A stretch of DNA of 36,209 bases, from assembly GCA_018830415.1 (NCBI GenBank), contig JAHJSJ010000277.1, positions 1 to 36,209 of the forward strand. The letters are read 5' to 3'. Made by a program: the position numbers and the translations under genes. Numbering within the stretch: position 1 is the first letter of the stretch; the number at the start of each line of letters is the position of its first letter. This DNA is from Alphaproteobacteria bacterium (GTDB lineage Bacteria > Pseudomonadota > Alphaproteobacteria > Sphingomonadales > Sphingomonadaceae). The notes below the pieces were generated by a model. The model had not been told where the DNA came from. It did not search any database and saw only the letters and a program-made list of their open reading frames with translations. This document shows positions 8,544-17,877 of this stretch, one piece after another.

Positions 8544-9779
8544 CTACACATCATCCGCGCTGATCAGTTCCGCCCTGTCGAGTTCGCCCGTCAGGCTCGC
8601 CACCGTCACCGCCACCGCGCCATCGCCGGTGATGTTGGTGGTGGTGCGCATCATGTCCATGATCCGGTCAACGCCTGCAACAAAGGCGATGGTTTCCAGC
8701 GGCACGTTCACCGCGCTGAACACCAGCGCCATCATGATCAGCCCCGCGCCGGGAATCCCCGCTGCGCCGACCGCGCCGAGCGTGCCGAGCAGCGCGATCA
8801 TCGCGTAATCGCCCCAGCTCAGATCCACCCCGAAAATCTGCGCCCCGAACAATGTCGCCAGCCCCAGATACATCGCGGTGCCGTTCATGTTGACCGTCGC
8901 GCCAAGGCTGATGACAAAGCTGGCGACCGATTTCGACACGCCAAGGTTGCGTTCGGCACAGCGCAAGGTGACGGGCAGCGTCGCGTTGGAACTGGCGGTG
9001 GAATAACTCACCGCAATCGCATCGATCATCCCGCGAAAGAACCCGATCACCGGCACACGCGCGATGAATTTGATCATCCCGCCATAGATGATCGCGATAA
9101 TCAGCAGGCAGCCGAAATAATTGAGGAACACCAGTTTCCCAAGCGCCGCCAGCGCGTCAAATCCGAGCGTTCCGGCCACCCACGCCATCAGCGCAAACAC
9201 GCCGAACGGGGTCAGTTCCATCACGATCATCGTGACTTTCTGCATCACCACCGATCCGCTTTCGAAGATCTTGAGCGCGGGCTCGCCTTCTTCCTTGGCC
9301 ATCAGGATGCCGATCCCGATCAGCAGCGAAAACACGATCAGCGGCAGCACATTGACGTCGGCCATCACCTGCACCGGGCTTTGCGGGATCATGCCCAGCA
9401 CCATGTCGCGCCAGCTGGTATCGGCAGGTTCAGGCTGAGCGCCGATTGTCAGTGCCGAGGTATCGACCCCCAGCCCCGGCGCGATCAGCGTGCCCAGACC
9501 AAGGCCGAGCCACACCGCCATCTGCCCCGTCACCACAAACAGCAGCATCGCCCGCCAGCCGACACTGCCCAGCTTGCGCAGATCGCCGATGCTGGCGACA
9601 CCTGCGACCAGGCTGAAGAAGATCAGCGGCACCACCAGCATCTTGATAAAGGCGACGAACACATCGCCGATGATCTTGATGCTTTCCGCCCCTGGCCCCC
9701 AAAAACGCCCGACGATGATGCCAAGGATCAGCGCCGCAATCACGCGTTGCCACAGGGGGATTCGCAGCCATGTGCTCAA
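8544..9779 (-). CDS. Dicarboxylate/amino acid:cation symporter (DAACS)
   Basis: FIKMLVVPL, STASSNATLP, GATVNMNGT, GAAGIPG, DMMRTTTNITGD. TTG start lies 1 nt after the dapE stop. Confidence 0.93.
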   Translation of the reverse strand: MSTWLRIPLWQRVIAALILGIIVGRFWGPGAESIKIIGDVFVAFIKMLVVPLIFFSLVAGVASIGDLRKLGSVGWRAMLLFVVTGQMAVWLGLGLGTLIAPGLGVDTSALTIGAQPEPADTSWRDMVLGMIPQSPVQVMADVNVLPLIVFSLLIGIGILMAKEEGEPALKIFESGSVVMQKVTMIVMELTPFGVFALMAWVAGTLGFDALAALGKLVFLNYFGCLLIIAIIYGGMIKFIARVPVIGFFRGMIDAIAVSYSTASSNATLPVTLRCAERNLGVSKSVASFVISLGATVNMNGTAMYLGLATLFGAQIFGVDLSWGDYAMIALLGTLGAVGAAGIPGAGLIMMALVFSAVNVPLETIAFVAGVDRIMDMMRTTTNITGDGAVAVTVASLTGELDRAELISADDV

Positions 9780-9780
9780 A

Positions 9781-10929
9781 TTAATATCCTTCCTCTAACG
9801 TCAGCGCGGCGCGGGCGATGCGGGTATAAATACGGGCGAGCGCGGCCAGATCGGGAATCGCCGCCGCCTCGTCACGCTTATGCATGGTGGCGTTGCACAG
9901 GCCGAATTCGATCACCGCGCAGACGCTGCGCAGGAACCGCGCGTCGGATGTGCCGCCGGTGGTGGACAGTTCGGGGGCGATGCCGGTTTCCGCCTCAACC
10001 GCCGCCGCGACCAGTTTTGAAAACGCGCCCGGTTCGGTCAGGAACGGTTCGCCCGAAATGATCGGTCGCGCATGGCCGCCGTGCTGTTCGGCGATAGCGC
10101 AAACCCTGTCGGACAGGCTTTTGCCGCTGTGCAAATCGTTGAAGCGGATCGATATCCGCGCCCGCCCTTGCGCGGGGATGACGTTGTGCGCCGTGTTGCC
10201 GACATTGATATCGGTGATTTCAAGGTTCGACGGCTGAAACCACTGCGTGCCTGTATCCAGCGTCAGCGCGTCCAGCTCCGCCAGTATCGCCACCAGTTTG
10301 GGCAGCGGATTATCGGCCAGATGCGGATAGGCGACGTGGCCCTGCGTGCCGTCCACGGTAATCCAGATATTGACCGAACCGCGCCGCCCGATCTTCACCA
10401 TGTCGCCCAAGCGGTTGACTGACGTTGGCTCACCCACAAGGCACAGGTCGGGTTGGTGGCCCGCTGCCGCCATGTAATCGATCAGCGCGCGGGTGCCGTG
10501 TAGCGCGGGGCCTTCTTCGTCGCCGGTGATGATGAAGCTGATCGTGCCCGCTTCGGCAGGCACATCGGCCACGGCGGCGACCATCGCGGCAATCGCGCCC
10601 TTCATGTCGACCGCGCCGCGCCCGTGCAGCAATTCGCCGCGCACTTCGGGGGTGAACGGATCGGTTGCCCAGCCATCTCCCGGCGGCACCACATCCAGAT
10701 GCCCGGCAAAGGCGAAATGGCGAGAGCCCGGCGGCCCGGCGCGAATGGCGAACAGGTTTTCAACCGGTGCCTCGTCGCTGCCTTCCGGCCCTTCGCCGCG
10801 CATGAACCGATGCACCGCAAAGCCCTGCGGCGCGAGCATCGCTTCCAATTCATCAAACACCGCGCCACTTGCAGGCGTCACGGAAGGCGCGGCAATCAGG
10901 CGCTTGGCAAGGTCGAGCGGATCGAGCAT
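9781..10929 (-). CDS. dapE: Succinyl-diaminopimelate desuccinylase
   Basis: From ATG 10929: AGHLDVVP, GRGAVDMKG, GDEEG, GEPTS, GRRGS, QGHVAYPH, TGGTSDARF. Confidence 0.96.
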   Translation of the reverse strand: MLDPLDLAKRLIAAPSVTPASGAVFDELEAMLAPQGFAVHRFMRGEGPEGSDEAPVENLFAIRAGPPGSRHFAFAGHLDVVPPGDGWATDPFTPEVRGELLHGRGAVDMKGAIAAMVAAVADVPAEAGTISFIITGDEEGPALHGTRALIDYMAAAGHQPDLCLVGEPTSVNRLGDMVKIGRRGSVNIWITVDGTQGHVAYPHLADNPLPKLVAILAELDALTLDTGTQWFQPSNLEITDINVGNTAHNVIPAQGRARISIRFNDLHSGKSLSDRVCAIAEQHGGHARPIISGEPFLTEPGAFSKLVAAAVEAETGIAPELSTTGGTSDARFLRSVCAVIEFGLCNATMHKRDEAAAIPDLAALARIYTRIARAALTLEEGY

Positions 10930-11085
10930 TCGTGCAGGCCTAGCAGGAGTTGCCGCCAATGCCCAAGCTTGATCTTGACGCCATTCCCCAGACCAATGCG
11001 ACCGGCTATCCGCGCAAGAACGCAAGCCGCTTCGCCAGCGAACGGCTCCCATGAAGCGGCGCGCGGACTGCGGGGAAGCAGCGGC

Positions 11086-11697
11086 ATGATGGATATTGCC
11101 GGATTTGCGCTTGCCGTGCTGCTGATCGAGCTGACACCGGGGCCGAATATGGGGTGGCTGGTCACGCTCACCCTGGCCGAGGGGCGGCGCGCGGGGCTTG
11201 CTGCGATCAGCGGGATTGCATTGGGCCTCGCTGGCAATGCGGCGCTCAGCGTGCTGGCGGCCAGTTTCATCCTTGCGCAGGACGCAATGCTGGCGCAGGC
11301 GATGTCGGCGTTGGCGGCGGCGATGATGGCGTGGCTGGCGTTTGAGGCATGGCGCGCATCGGGCGAAAGTTCGCCAGCCGCCACCCCGCACGTCATCGGA
11401 CGGCGCAATTTCCTTGCAGGATTGGCGATCAATCTTTTCAACCCCAAATCCGCGCTGTTTTTCATCACCGTCATGCCGCAGTTCATCGCCGGAGGGCGGC
11501 CGAGCCTGGGTCAGGGGCTGGTGATGGCCGCCGTCAGCGTCAGCATCGCCACGACGATCCATCTGGCGCTGGTGCTCGGAGCGGGGCGACTGCGACCATT
11601 GCTGATGGCGCAGCATCGCGCGATGATCGTGCGGCGAGTGCTGGCGCTGGCAATGCTGGGCGTGGCGGCGTGGTTCCTTACCAAAGCATTCGCTTAA
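11086..11697 (+). CDS. LysE/RhtB family translocator
   Basis: ELTPGPN, GRRAGLAA, NLFNPKSALFF, hydrophobic throughout. Confidence 0.88.
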   Translation: MMDIAGFALAVLLIELTPGPNMGWLVTLTLAEGRRAGLAAISGIALGLAGNAALSVLAASFILAQDAMLAQAMSALAAAMMAWLAFEAWRASGESSPAATPHVIGRRNFLAGLAINLFNPKSALFFITVMPQFIAGGRPSLGQGLVMAAVSVSIATTIHLALVLGAGRLRPLLMAQHRAMIVRRVLALAMLGVAAWFLTKAFA

Positions 11698-12575
11698 CGC
11701 CGCCGCTGCTCCTCCACCACCAACGGCCCCGGCGCGAACGCGCTTTCCAACAGATCGGCAATGCGCAGCCCCGCCTGCTGTACCCGACGCTTGGCGATTG
11801 GCACCCCGCGGATGATGTCCTCTTGGCTCAAAGCAGTTTCATCGGGCAGCGGGGCGGCGCAAACGTCTTCGGTGTCGAATGCTGTGGGGTAGATAAAGCC
11901 GCGCGCAATTTCCCAGCTTTCGCGGCCCCAGTCGTCGGGGGTGCCGCCGCTCAAATCCGCGCGTTCGGCGGGCGAATAGCGGCGCACCACCGGATCGGCG
12001 GGATCGCTGATCGCGCGTTCGGCCAGCGGGCCATCCCATATGCTGTGCAGATTATAACCCGGCCTGATCCCGTAATCGGCCTTGCGGTCATTGCCGCCGC
12101 GATCCTCGTTATCGCCCGAATGCAGCGGCATGTGCACATCGCCGGCAAAATGCACCATGAAGGCCAGCGCCTCCAGCCGGATCGCCGCAGGCAGGCTTTC
12201 ATCGGCCAGCACCCGGTGCGCGCGAGTGACCTGCGCAGTCACACAATTGCCACCCGCACAATTGGCGCGCGGGTTGAACGCCTGACAGACCGGCGCGGTG
12301 CGGTAATGCCACGCGGCGGTAAAGCCCCAGCGCCAGCCTTCGCCGCGGATGCAATCAGCCCACACCGCCGCATCCTCAAGCGATTTGAGCGGGCATTCGG
12401 GCGTGCCCAGCGCCGGTTCCGACCGGATCAGCCGCGCGATTTTGGCGCGCACTTGCGGCGAAACATTGGCCTGGGCAATCGCAGCGGTCTTGCGGTGGGC
12501 GTAGAAACCCCAGGCATGGGCGGGCGCGGGCAGCATCACCGCCAACGCCAGCACTGCGGCGATCGCCGCCCTCAC
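11694..12575 (-). CDS. Secreted S1/P1 nuclease
   Basis: Signal peptide ending AHA then WGFYAH (N-terminal Trp zinc ligand), WADCIR, WHY, HFAGDVHMPLH, NLHSIWD. GTG start at 12575 overlaps the GST stop. Confidence 0.9.
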   Translation of the reverse strand: MRAAIAAVLALAVMLPAPAHAWGFYAHRKTAAIAQANVSPQVRAKIARLIRSEPALGTPECPLKSLEDAAVWADCIRGEGWRWGFTAAWHYRTAPVCQAFNPRANCAGGNCVTAQVTRAHRVLADESLPAAIRLEALAFMVHFAGDVHMPLHSGDNEDRGGNDRKADYGIRPGYNLHSIWDGPLAERAISDPADPVVRRYSPAERADLSGGTPDDWGRESWEIARGFIYPTAFDTEDVCAAPLPDETALSQEDIIRGVPIAKRRVQQAGLRIADLLESAFAPGPLVVEEQRRR

Positions 12576-13234
12576 GCGACCGCCTCGTATTGTTCGATCA
12601 CCCATTCTTCTTCCCCTGCCGCGCCAATCCATTCGGCCATCCAGTCATGTTCCCAGATCGCCTGCATATAGGCCTGCGCAAATCCGGGAACGCCGATGCC
12701 ATAGGTGACAAACCGCGTCACTACCGGGGCATAGAAGATATCCGCTGCGCCAAATGTGCCGAACAGATATGGCCCCGCCCCGCCGTGGCGCGCGCGCGCT
12801 TCGGCCCACAGGGTCAGGATGCGGACGATATCGCGCTTGGTCTGATCCGAAATGCCGGGCAGTTCCATCCGGCGGCGAATGTTCATCGGCAATTCGTTGC
12901 GCAGGGATTGGAAATTCGAATGCATTTCGGAAACTATGGATCGCGCCATCCCGCGCGCGACGTTATCCTTGGGCCAGAACCGTTCGCGCCCGACCTTGTC
13001 GGCAAGATATTCCATGATCGCCATGCTTTCCCACACCACCGCTTCGCCATCCCACAGGATCGGCATCTTGCCCGATGACGGCTGCATCTCGTCCATGTCG
13101 TGCTTCAGCCGATCCCATTCTTCGCCCATCAATGGCACGGTGAGTTCGCTGAAATGCAGCCCCGATTGCTTGACCGCGAGCCAGCCGCGAAGGCTCCAGC
13201 TGGAATAGTTCTTGTTGCCGATGATCAGTTTCAT
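12572..13234 (-). CDS. Glutathione S-transferase family protein
   Basis: GNKNYSSWSLRGWL, PSSGKMPIL, WESMAIMEYL, ADIFYAPVVTRF. Confidence 0.92.
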   Translation of the reverse strand: MKLIIGNKNYSSWSLRGWLAVKQSGLHFSELTVPLMGEEWDRLKHDMDEMQPSSGKMPILWDGEAVVWESMAIMEYLADKVGRERFWPKDNVARGMARSIVSEMHSNFQSLRNELPMNIRRRMELPGISDQTKRDIVRILTLWAEARARHGGAGPYLFGTFGAADIFYAPVVTRFVTYGIGVPGFAQAYMQAIWEHDWMAEWIGAAGEEEWVIEQYEAVA

Positions 13235-13346
13235 GGGTCTGCTTACTCCGGCTTGCGCTTTCGGTTGATACGTGGCCCTAGATATGCGGGCTTTTCCTGT
13301 CGAGCATGAAGCGGCTATTGCTGTGCCACCAATAGGAGCTTCGCTT

Positions 13347-13778
13347 ATGACCCTTCGTCCGTTTCACCTCGCCTTTCCGGTTGATGATCTTTCCGCCGCG
13401 CGCGCCTTTTATGGCGGGGTGATGGGGTGCAGCGAAGGGCGGTCGAGCGGTGAATGGATCGATTTCGATTTCCACGGCCACCAGATCGTCGCGCACCTTG
13501 CGCCGGGCAAGGCGGGTGCCAAAAACCGCGATGCTGCCAATACCCACGTTGACGGCCACGGGGTGCCGGTGCCGCATTTCGGCCTCGTGCTGGGCATGGA
13601 CGAGTGGGAGGCACTGGCAGCGCGGCTGCGCGCTGGCGGCTGCGAATTCGTGATCGAACCGACCATCCGTTTCAAAGGCCAGCCGGGCGAACAGGCCACG
13701 ATGTTCCTGCGCGATCCATCAGGCAACGCGCTGGAGTTCAAAGCCTTTGCCGATGTCGGGCAGTTGTTCGCGCGGTAA
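13347..13778 (+). CDS. VOC (glyoxalase/dioxygenase) family protein
   Basis: [42 protein letters not shown] upstream. Confidence 0.9.
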   Translation: MTLRPFHLAFPVDDLSAARAFYGGVMGCSEGRSSGEWIDFDFHGHQIVAHLAPGKAGAKNRDAANTHVDGHGVPVPHFGLVLGMDEWEALAARLRAGGCEFVIEPTIRFKGQPGEQATMFLRDPSGNALEFKAFADVGQLFAR

Positions 13779-13826
13779 AGGCGGCAAGGCACTTCGTCCC
13801 ACCTTCGCAAGCCGATGCCATCCCGG

Positions 13827-13867
13827 TTGACAGAAGTCATTTTGTCATTTAGCTAAATAGCTATGAC
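13827..13867 (+). promoter_or_regulatory. sdpR promoter overlapped by a palindromic ArsR-type operator
   Basis: TTGACA (13827-13832), 17 nt, TAGCTA (13850-13855). Perfect palindrome ATTTAGCTAAAT at 13847-13858. Confidence 0.65.
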
Positions 13868-14165
13868 GGAGATATTCGACGCGCTTTCCCATCCCATCCG
13901 GCGCGAAGTGCTGGAACTGCTCAAAAGCGGGGGAATGACCGCGGGCGAGATCGCAGATCGCTTCCCGGTCTCCCGGCCAACCATGTCGGGGCACTTCGCC
14001 AAGCTCAAGGCTGCCGGGCTGATCCGGGGCGAAAACCGGGGCGGGTCGATCACCTATACGCTCAACCTTTCCACGCTTGAAGAAGCCCTGCTCGGCTTCA
14101 TGGGCCGGGTGGGCATTGGCGCCGGGCTGTCTGAAAGCCGGACTCATCGCGGAGAAACATCATGA
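13863..14165 (+). CDS. sdpR: ArsR/SmtB-family autorepressor, SdpR type
   Basis: FDALSHPIRREVL, MTAGEIADRF, SRPTMSGHFAKLK, YTLNLSTLEE. ATGA overlap with the SdpI-family gene. Confidence 0.8.
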   Translation: MTEIFDALSHPIRREVLELLKSGGMTAGEIADRFPVSRPTMSGHFAKLKAAGLIRGENRGGSITYTLNLSTLEEALLGFMGRVGIGAGLSESRTHRGETS

Positions 14166-14815
14166 AGGTGCGCGGATTGCTGTGGGTCAACGGCCTGATC
14201 GCAGCGGCAATGGCCGGGTTTGCCTGGTGGGTTGCTGCAGGGCTTGCGCCGGGGGCTGAACTGCCAATCCACTGGAACGCCGCAGGCCAGGCTGATCGAT
14301 TCGCGCCTGCATTGGCGGCGCTGCTGCGGCCTGCGGGAATATCGTTACTGCTGGGCGGGCTGTTTGCGGCAATCCCGCGGCTTGAACCCCTGCAACACCG
14401 GCTTGATGGTTCTGCAGCGCTGCTGCGGTCGGCGTGGATCGGGATCATGTTGCTGATGGTGTTCAGGCAGCTGATGATCGCCGCGCCCGCTCTCGGATGG
14501 AACATCGGCCCCGAACTCCTGCTGGTCGGGATCGGCGCATTGCTGGTGATGATCGGAGACAGCCTGCCCAAATCGCGGCCCGGCTTTTTCGTCGGCATCC
14601 GCACGCCGTGGACGATCAGCGATACCGACAACTGGATCGCCACCCACCGGCTGGGCGGCAAGATCATGATGGGTGCCGGGTGCCTGACTGTGCTGGCCGC
14701 CTTTGTCCCTGTCCCGCCAACAGCGCGCATCGCGGTCATTATCGGGCTGACCGGCATCGCGGCGCTGGTTCCGGTTTTCTACAGCTGGTGGCTGTGGCGC
14801 AACAAGGCCGGATAG
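14162..14815 (+). CDS. sdpI: SdpI-family immunity membrane protein (DUF1648 + SdpI domains)
   Basis: LPIHWNAAGQADRF, GDSLPK, FFVGIRTPWT, NWIATHRLGG, about 6 TM segments. Confidence 0.85.
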   Translation: MKVRGLLWVNGLIAAAMAGFAWWVAAGLAPGAELPIHWNAAGQADRFAPALAALLRPAGISLLLGGLFAAIPRLEPLQHRLDGSAALLRSAWIGIMLLMVFRQLMIAAPALGWNIGPELLLVGIGALLVMIGDSLPKSRPGFFVGIRTPWTISDTDNWIATHRLGGKIMMGAGCLTVLAAFVPVPPTARIAVIIGLTGIAALVPVFYSWWLWRNKAG

Positions 14816-14831
14816 GCGCAAGGAGCAAGCC

Positions 14832-15809
14832 ATGATCAAATATACCACCCTGCTGGTCTCCGCGCTGGCTATCGCCGTTCCGGCCAACGCCAATCCTGCA
14901 CCCGAAGCGCAGATCGAAGCTGCGGGGCCGCATGGGCCGCTGGCTGGCACCATGCTGGATGCCCCGGCGCGCAATGCAGCCGATGCGCAGCGGCCGGTGG
15001 CGCTGATCATCCCCGGCTCTGGCCCCACCGACCGCGACGGCAATAACCCGCTCGGCGTGCGCGCGGCGAGCTATCGCTTGCTGGCCGAAGGACTCGCCGC
15101 CGAAGGCATTGCCAGCGTGCGGATCGACAAGCGCGGGATGTTCGGCAGCGCCGCCGCCATCCCCGATGCCAACGCGGTGACGATTGCCGATTATGTGGCT
15201 GATACCGCCGCATGGGTCGACGTGATCCGCGCGGCGACGGGGGCGGATTGCGTCTGGCTGCTGGGCCATAGCGAAGGCGGGCTGGTGGCGCTTGCGGCCG
15301 CGCAGCAGGTCGAAGGGCTGTGCGGGCTGGTGCTGATCGCTGCGCCGGGCAGGCCGCTGGACGAAGTGCTCAAGCAGCAGCTGCGCGCCAACCCGGCCAA
15401 TGCGCCGCTGCTTGGTGCGGCGGAAGATGCGATTGACCGGCTCGCCGCAGGTCAGCGGGTCGATGCGGCCACCCTGCCCCCGGCGTTGCTGCCGCTGTTC
15501 AATCCGGCATTGCACGATTATTTCATCAGCATCATGGCGCTTGACCCGGCAGACCTCGCCGCGCGTGCGCAATTGCCGATCCTGATCGTTCAGGGCGGCA
15601 AGGACTTGCAAGTGTCGGTGGCCGACGCGCAGCGGCTGAAAGCCGCCAACCCCTCCGCCACGCTGACGATCCTGCCCAATGCCAGCCATGTGCTGAAAGA
15701 CGTTGCGGGCAACAGCCCGGCGGACAACATGGCAACCTACACCACGCCCGATCTGCCGCTGGCCAAGGGAATCATCGCCGTAATCGCGGGTTTCATCCAG
15801 CAGCCCTGA
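14832..15809 (+). CDS. Secreted alpha/beta-fold serine hydrolase
   Basis: Signal peptide (VPANA), GSGPTDRDGN, nucleophile motif GHSEGG, QGGKDLQV, ASHVLK. AGGAG RBS. Confidence 0.88.
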   Translation: MIKYTTLLVSALAIAVPANANPAPEAQIEAAGPHGPLAGTMLDAPARNAADAQRPVALIIPGSGPTDRDGNNPLGVRAASYRLLAEGLAAEGIASVRIDKRGMFGSAAAIPDANAVTIADYVADTAAWVDVIRAATGADCVWLLGHSEGGLVALAAAQQVEGLCGLVLIAAPGRPLDEVLKQQLRANPANAPLLGAAEDAIDRLAAGQRVDAATLPPALLPLFNPALHDYFISIMALDPADLAARAQLPILIVQGGKDLQVSVADAQRLKAANPSATLTILPNASHVLKDVAGNSPADNMATYTTPDLPLAKGIIAVIAGFIQQP

Positions 15810-15946
15810 TGCCACGGTTCAAGGAGCCAGCATCGCGGCGCGCTGGTTCCCCTTCGATCAGACACTTGCGGCGTTTCCTTGGCAAAAAAGCGTGAGGCGT
15901 TCTATGCCTGCCTCGAAGAAATTGCGGCCTGACCTGAGCCGGCCGT

Positions 15947-17146
15947 TCACCCCGCCCCCAGCTTGCCCACCCGGTAATCGGCGAGCGCCATCCAGTATGC
16001 TATCCGCCAGCGCAACCGGTTCAGGAACGTGCTTTGGCGCGCATACCATTCGCGCGTCACCGGCATGCTCGCCGCCTCCAGATGAGCGATCAGTTCACGC
16101 AGTTTCGCGGCAAGCGCCGCATCCTCAATCCGCACCATCAGTTCGACATTGAGGCGGAATGACCGTTTATCGAGGTTGGCGCTGCCGATGTAGCTCGCAT
16201 CATCAATCACCAGCAGTTTCATGTGCAACTTGCACGGCAGAAATTCGAAAACCCGCGCGCCTGCCGTCAGCAAGTTTTTGTATTGCAGGCGCGCCATGTC
16301 GATGGCGGGGGCGAAGTCGGATTTGCCCGCCATCACCATCCGCACCTCACCCCGCCGGGCAACCCTGGCGATCAGGCGGCGGACACTGCGCGGCGGCGAA
16401 AAATAGGCCGAAACGGTGTCGAGCCGCCGCGCGCTCACCAGATCCTTGCGCAGACACCACGCCCAATGGCCCTGTCGCACCAGTGGCCCGCCAATCAGCA
16501 GCCGCACCGCGCTGCCATTGCCATCAACGCTGCCGTCCCAATCCTTGACGATATCAAACAAGGCGCGCAGCTTCGCGGTGCGTCCGGCGGCATCATTTTC
16601 GACCCAGTCTTTCAGCAGACCGAACCATTGGGTGAACCGCTGCACCACCGCGCCTGCGATGGTCACCGACAGATCGCACCAGCCATTATCTACAGGGGGT
16701 GCGTAATAATGGTCGGAAACATTGGCCCCGCCAGTCATCACCCGGCTGCCATCGGCAATCACGAACTTCTGATGATTGCGCACCAGATAGCGTTTGCCCA
16801 GCCGGGGCGAGAAAATCGCGAAATACCCGCCCGCATCGGTTAGCGGCCGGAAAAATTCGGTCCCTGCATCATTGCCAAAATCATCGACAATCAATTCTAC
16901 CGAAACCCCGCGCGCCGCCGCAGCCATCAACGCATCGCGCACTTTGGTGCCCGATTCGTCACTATCGAACAGATAGTAGAACACCTTGAGCGTTTCGCGC
17001 GCGCTGCCAATCAGATCGACCAGCGCGGCCAGCCGATCCGGCCCGTGCGGGTAAAAGGTAAAACAATGCCCTTGCGCATCAATAGTGAAGGGATCGAGAT
17101 CGCAATAGGCCGCGCCGTCTTTGGCTGTGGGCTGGGCTTTGTCCAT
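15947..17146 (-). CDS. Phospholipase D family protein / soluble-type cardiolipin synthase (ClsB-like)
   Basis: Two HKD motifs, HQKFVIAD and [23 protein letters not shown]. No N-terminal TM anchor. Start taken at ATG 17146. Confidence 0.88.
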   Translation of the reverse strand: MDKAQPTAKDGAAYCDLDPFTIDAQGHCFTFYPHGPDRLAALVDLIGSARETLKVFYYLFDSDESGTKVRDALMAAAARGVSVELIVDDFGNDAGTEFFRPLTDAGGYFAIFSPRLGKRYLVRNHQKFVIADGSRVMTGGANVSDHYYAPPVDNGWCDLSVTIAGAVVQRFTQWFGLLKDWVENDAAGRTAKLRALFDIVKDWDGSVDGNGSAVRLLIGGPLVRQGHWAWCLRKDLVSARRLDTVSAYFSPPRSVRRLIARVARRGEVRMVMAGKSDFAPAIDMARLQYKNLLTAGARVFEFLPCKLHMKLLVIDDASYIGSANLDKRSFRLNVELMVRIEDAALAAKLRELIAHLEAASMPVTREWYARQSTFLNRLRWRIAYWMALADYRVGKLGAG

Positions 17147-17275
17147 AACCACTGCCTTAGCGCAGGGCGGATAGCTTTGGGTAGAGGATTGGGACGGACG
17201 GAGGTTCGCAGCGCCATGTGGGGGGAGGGGGGCTACGCGGTCGCTTTCCCCGCCCATGCCTGCCGCCGGCGAACC

Positions 17276-17304
17276 TTGACTTCGCGCACCCTCTTGCCTA
17301 GCTG
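17276..17304 (+). promoter_or_regulatory. Putative sigma70 promoter of rpoZ
   Basis: TTGACT, 17 nt, TAGCTG, ending 40 nt before the ATG. Confidence 0.5.
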
Positions 17305-17344
17305 CGCATCTTTCCTGCATTCAGTGATTCCAAAAGGGCCGCCC

Positions 17345-17689
17345 ATGGCACGCGTTACCGTTGAAGATTGCGTCGACAAGGTTCCCAACCGTTTCGACCT
17401 CGTATTGCTCGCCGCACAGCGCGCGCGTGAAATCTCAGGCGGCAGCGACCTGACCATTGACCGTGATCGGGACAAGAACCCGGTCGTGGCGCTGCGCGAA
17501 ATCGCAGAAGAAACCATCCGCCCGCGCGACCTGCTCGAATCGCTGGTGGTCAGCCTGCAAAAAATCCTCCCCGATGACGAGGATGAGGCCGATGAGATCG
17601 GTTCGCTCAGCCAGTCGGCCGAAGCCCTGCGGATCACCGCCTCGGCACCGGCCCGCACATCGTCGCTGGGCGGCGATTACGAAGGCTGA
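17345..17689 (+). CDS. rpoZ: RNA polymerase omega subunit
   Basis: [28 protein letters not shown]...[12 protein letters not shown]. Confidence 0.97.
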   Translation: MARVTVEDCVDKVPNRFDLVLLAAQRAREISGGSDLTIDRDRDKNPVVALREIAEETIRPRDLLESLVVSLQKILPDDEDEADEIGSLSQSAEALRITASAPARTSSLGGDYEG

Positions 17690-17749
17690 TTGGCGCTGCT
17701 GTAGGATTGCGGCGGTGTTTGGGGTGGTTTAGGCTGGCCCAGACCCCGG

Positions 17750-17808
17750 CTTGACTGGCTTTGCCCCCTCCTTGACCGCTTCTTGACCCTGGCTTGATCG
17801 CGCTTGCC
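17750..17808. repeat. Six helically phased YTTG(A/C)Y direct repeats
   Basis: TTG at 17751, 17761, 17772, 17783, 17794 and 17804 (TTGAC, TTGCC, TTGAC, TTGAC, TTGAT, TTGCC); spacing 10, 11, 11, 11, 10. Confidence 0.7.
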
Positions 17809-17877
17809 ATCGGGTTTTTGCGCCTTATCCCTGTCGCGGTGTAATCAAACCGTCACAGAACAAGGCAGCGCGCAGGC

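Noticed and set aside
10930-11616. N-terminal extension giving a 611-aa DapE fusion
   Set aside because: The extension is antisense to the LysE gene. The DapE-like sequence begins at ATG 10929.
15823-15914. Hairpins between the hydrolase and PLD genes as an sRNA or REP element
   Set aside because: Imperfect stems are adequately explained as terminators of convergent genes, and no second copy was seen in the window.
17215-17258. G-rich run as a G-quadruplex or regulatory RNA
   Set aside because: Only two long G tracts and a loose pairing with the downstream C-rich stretch; insufficient support.
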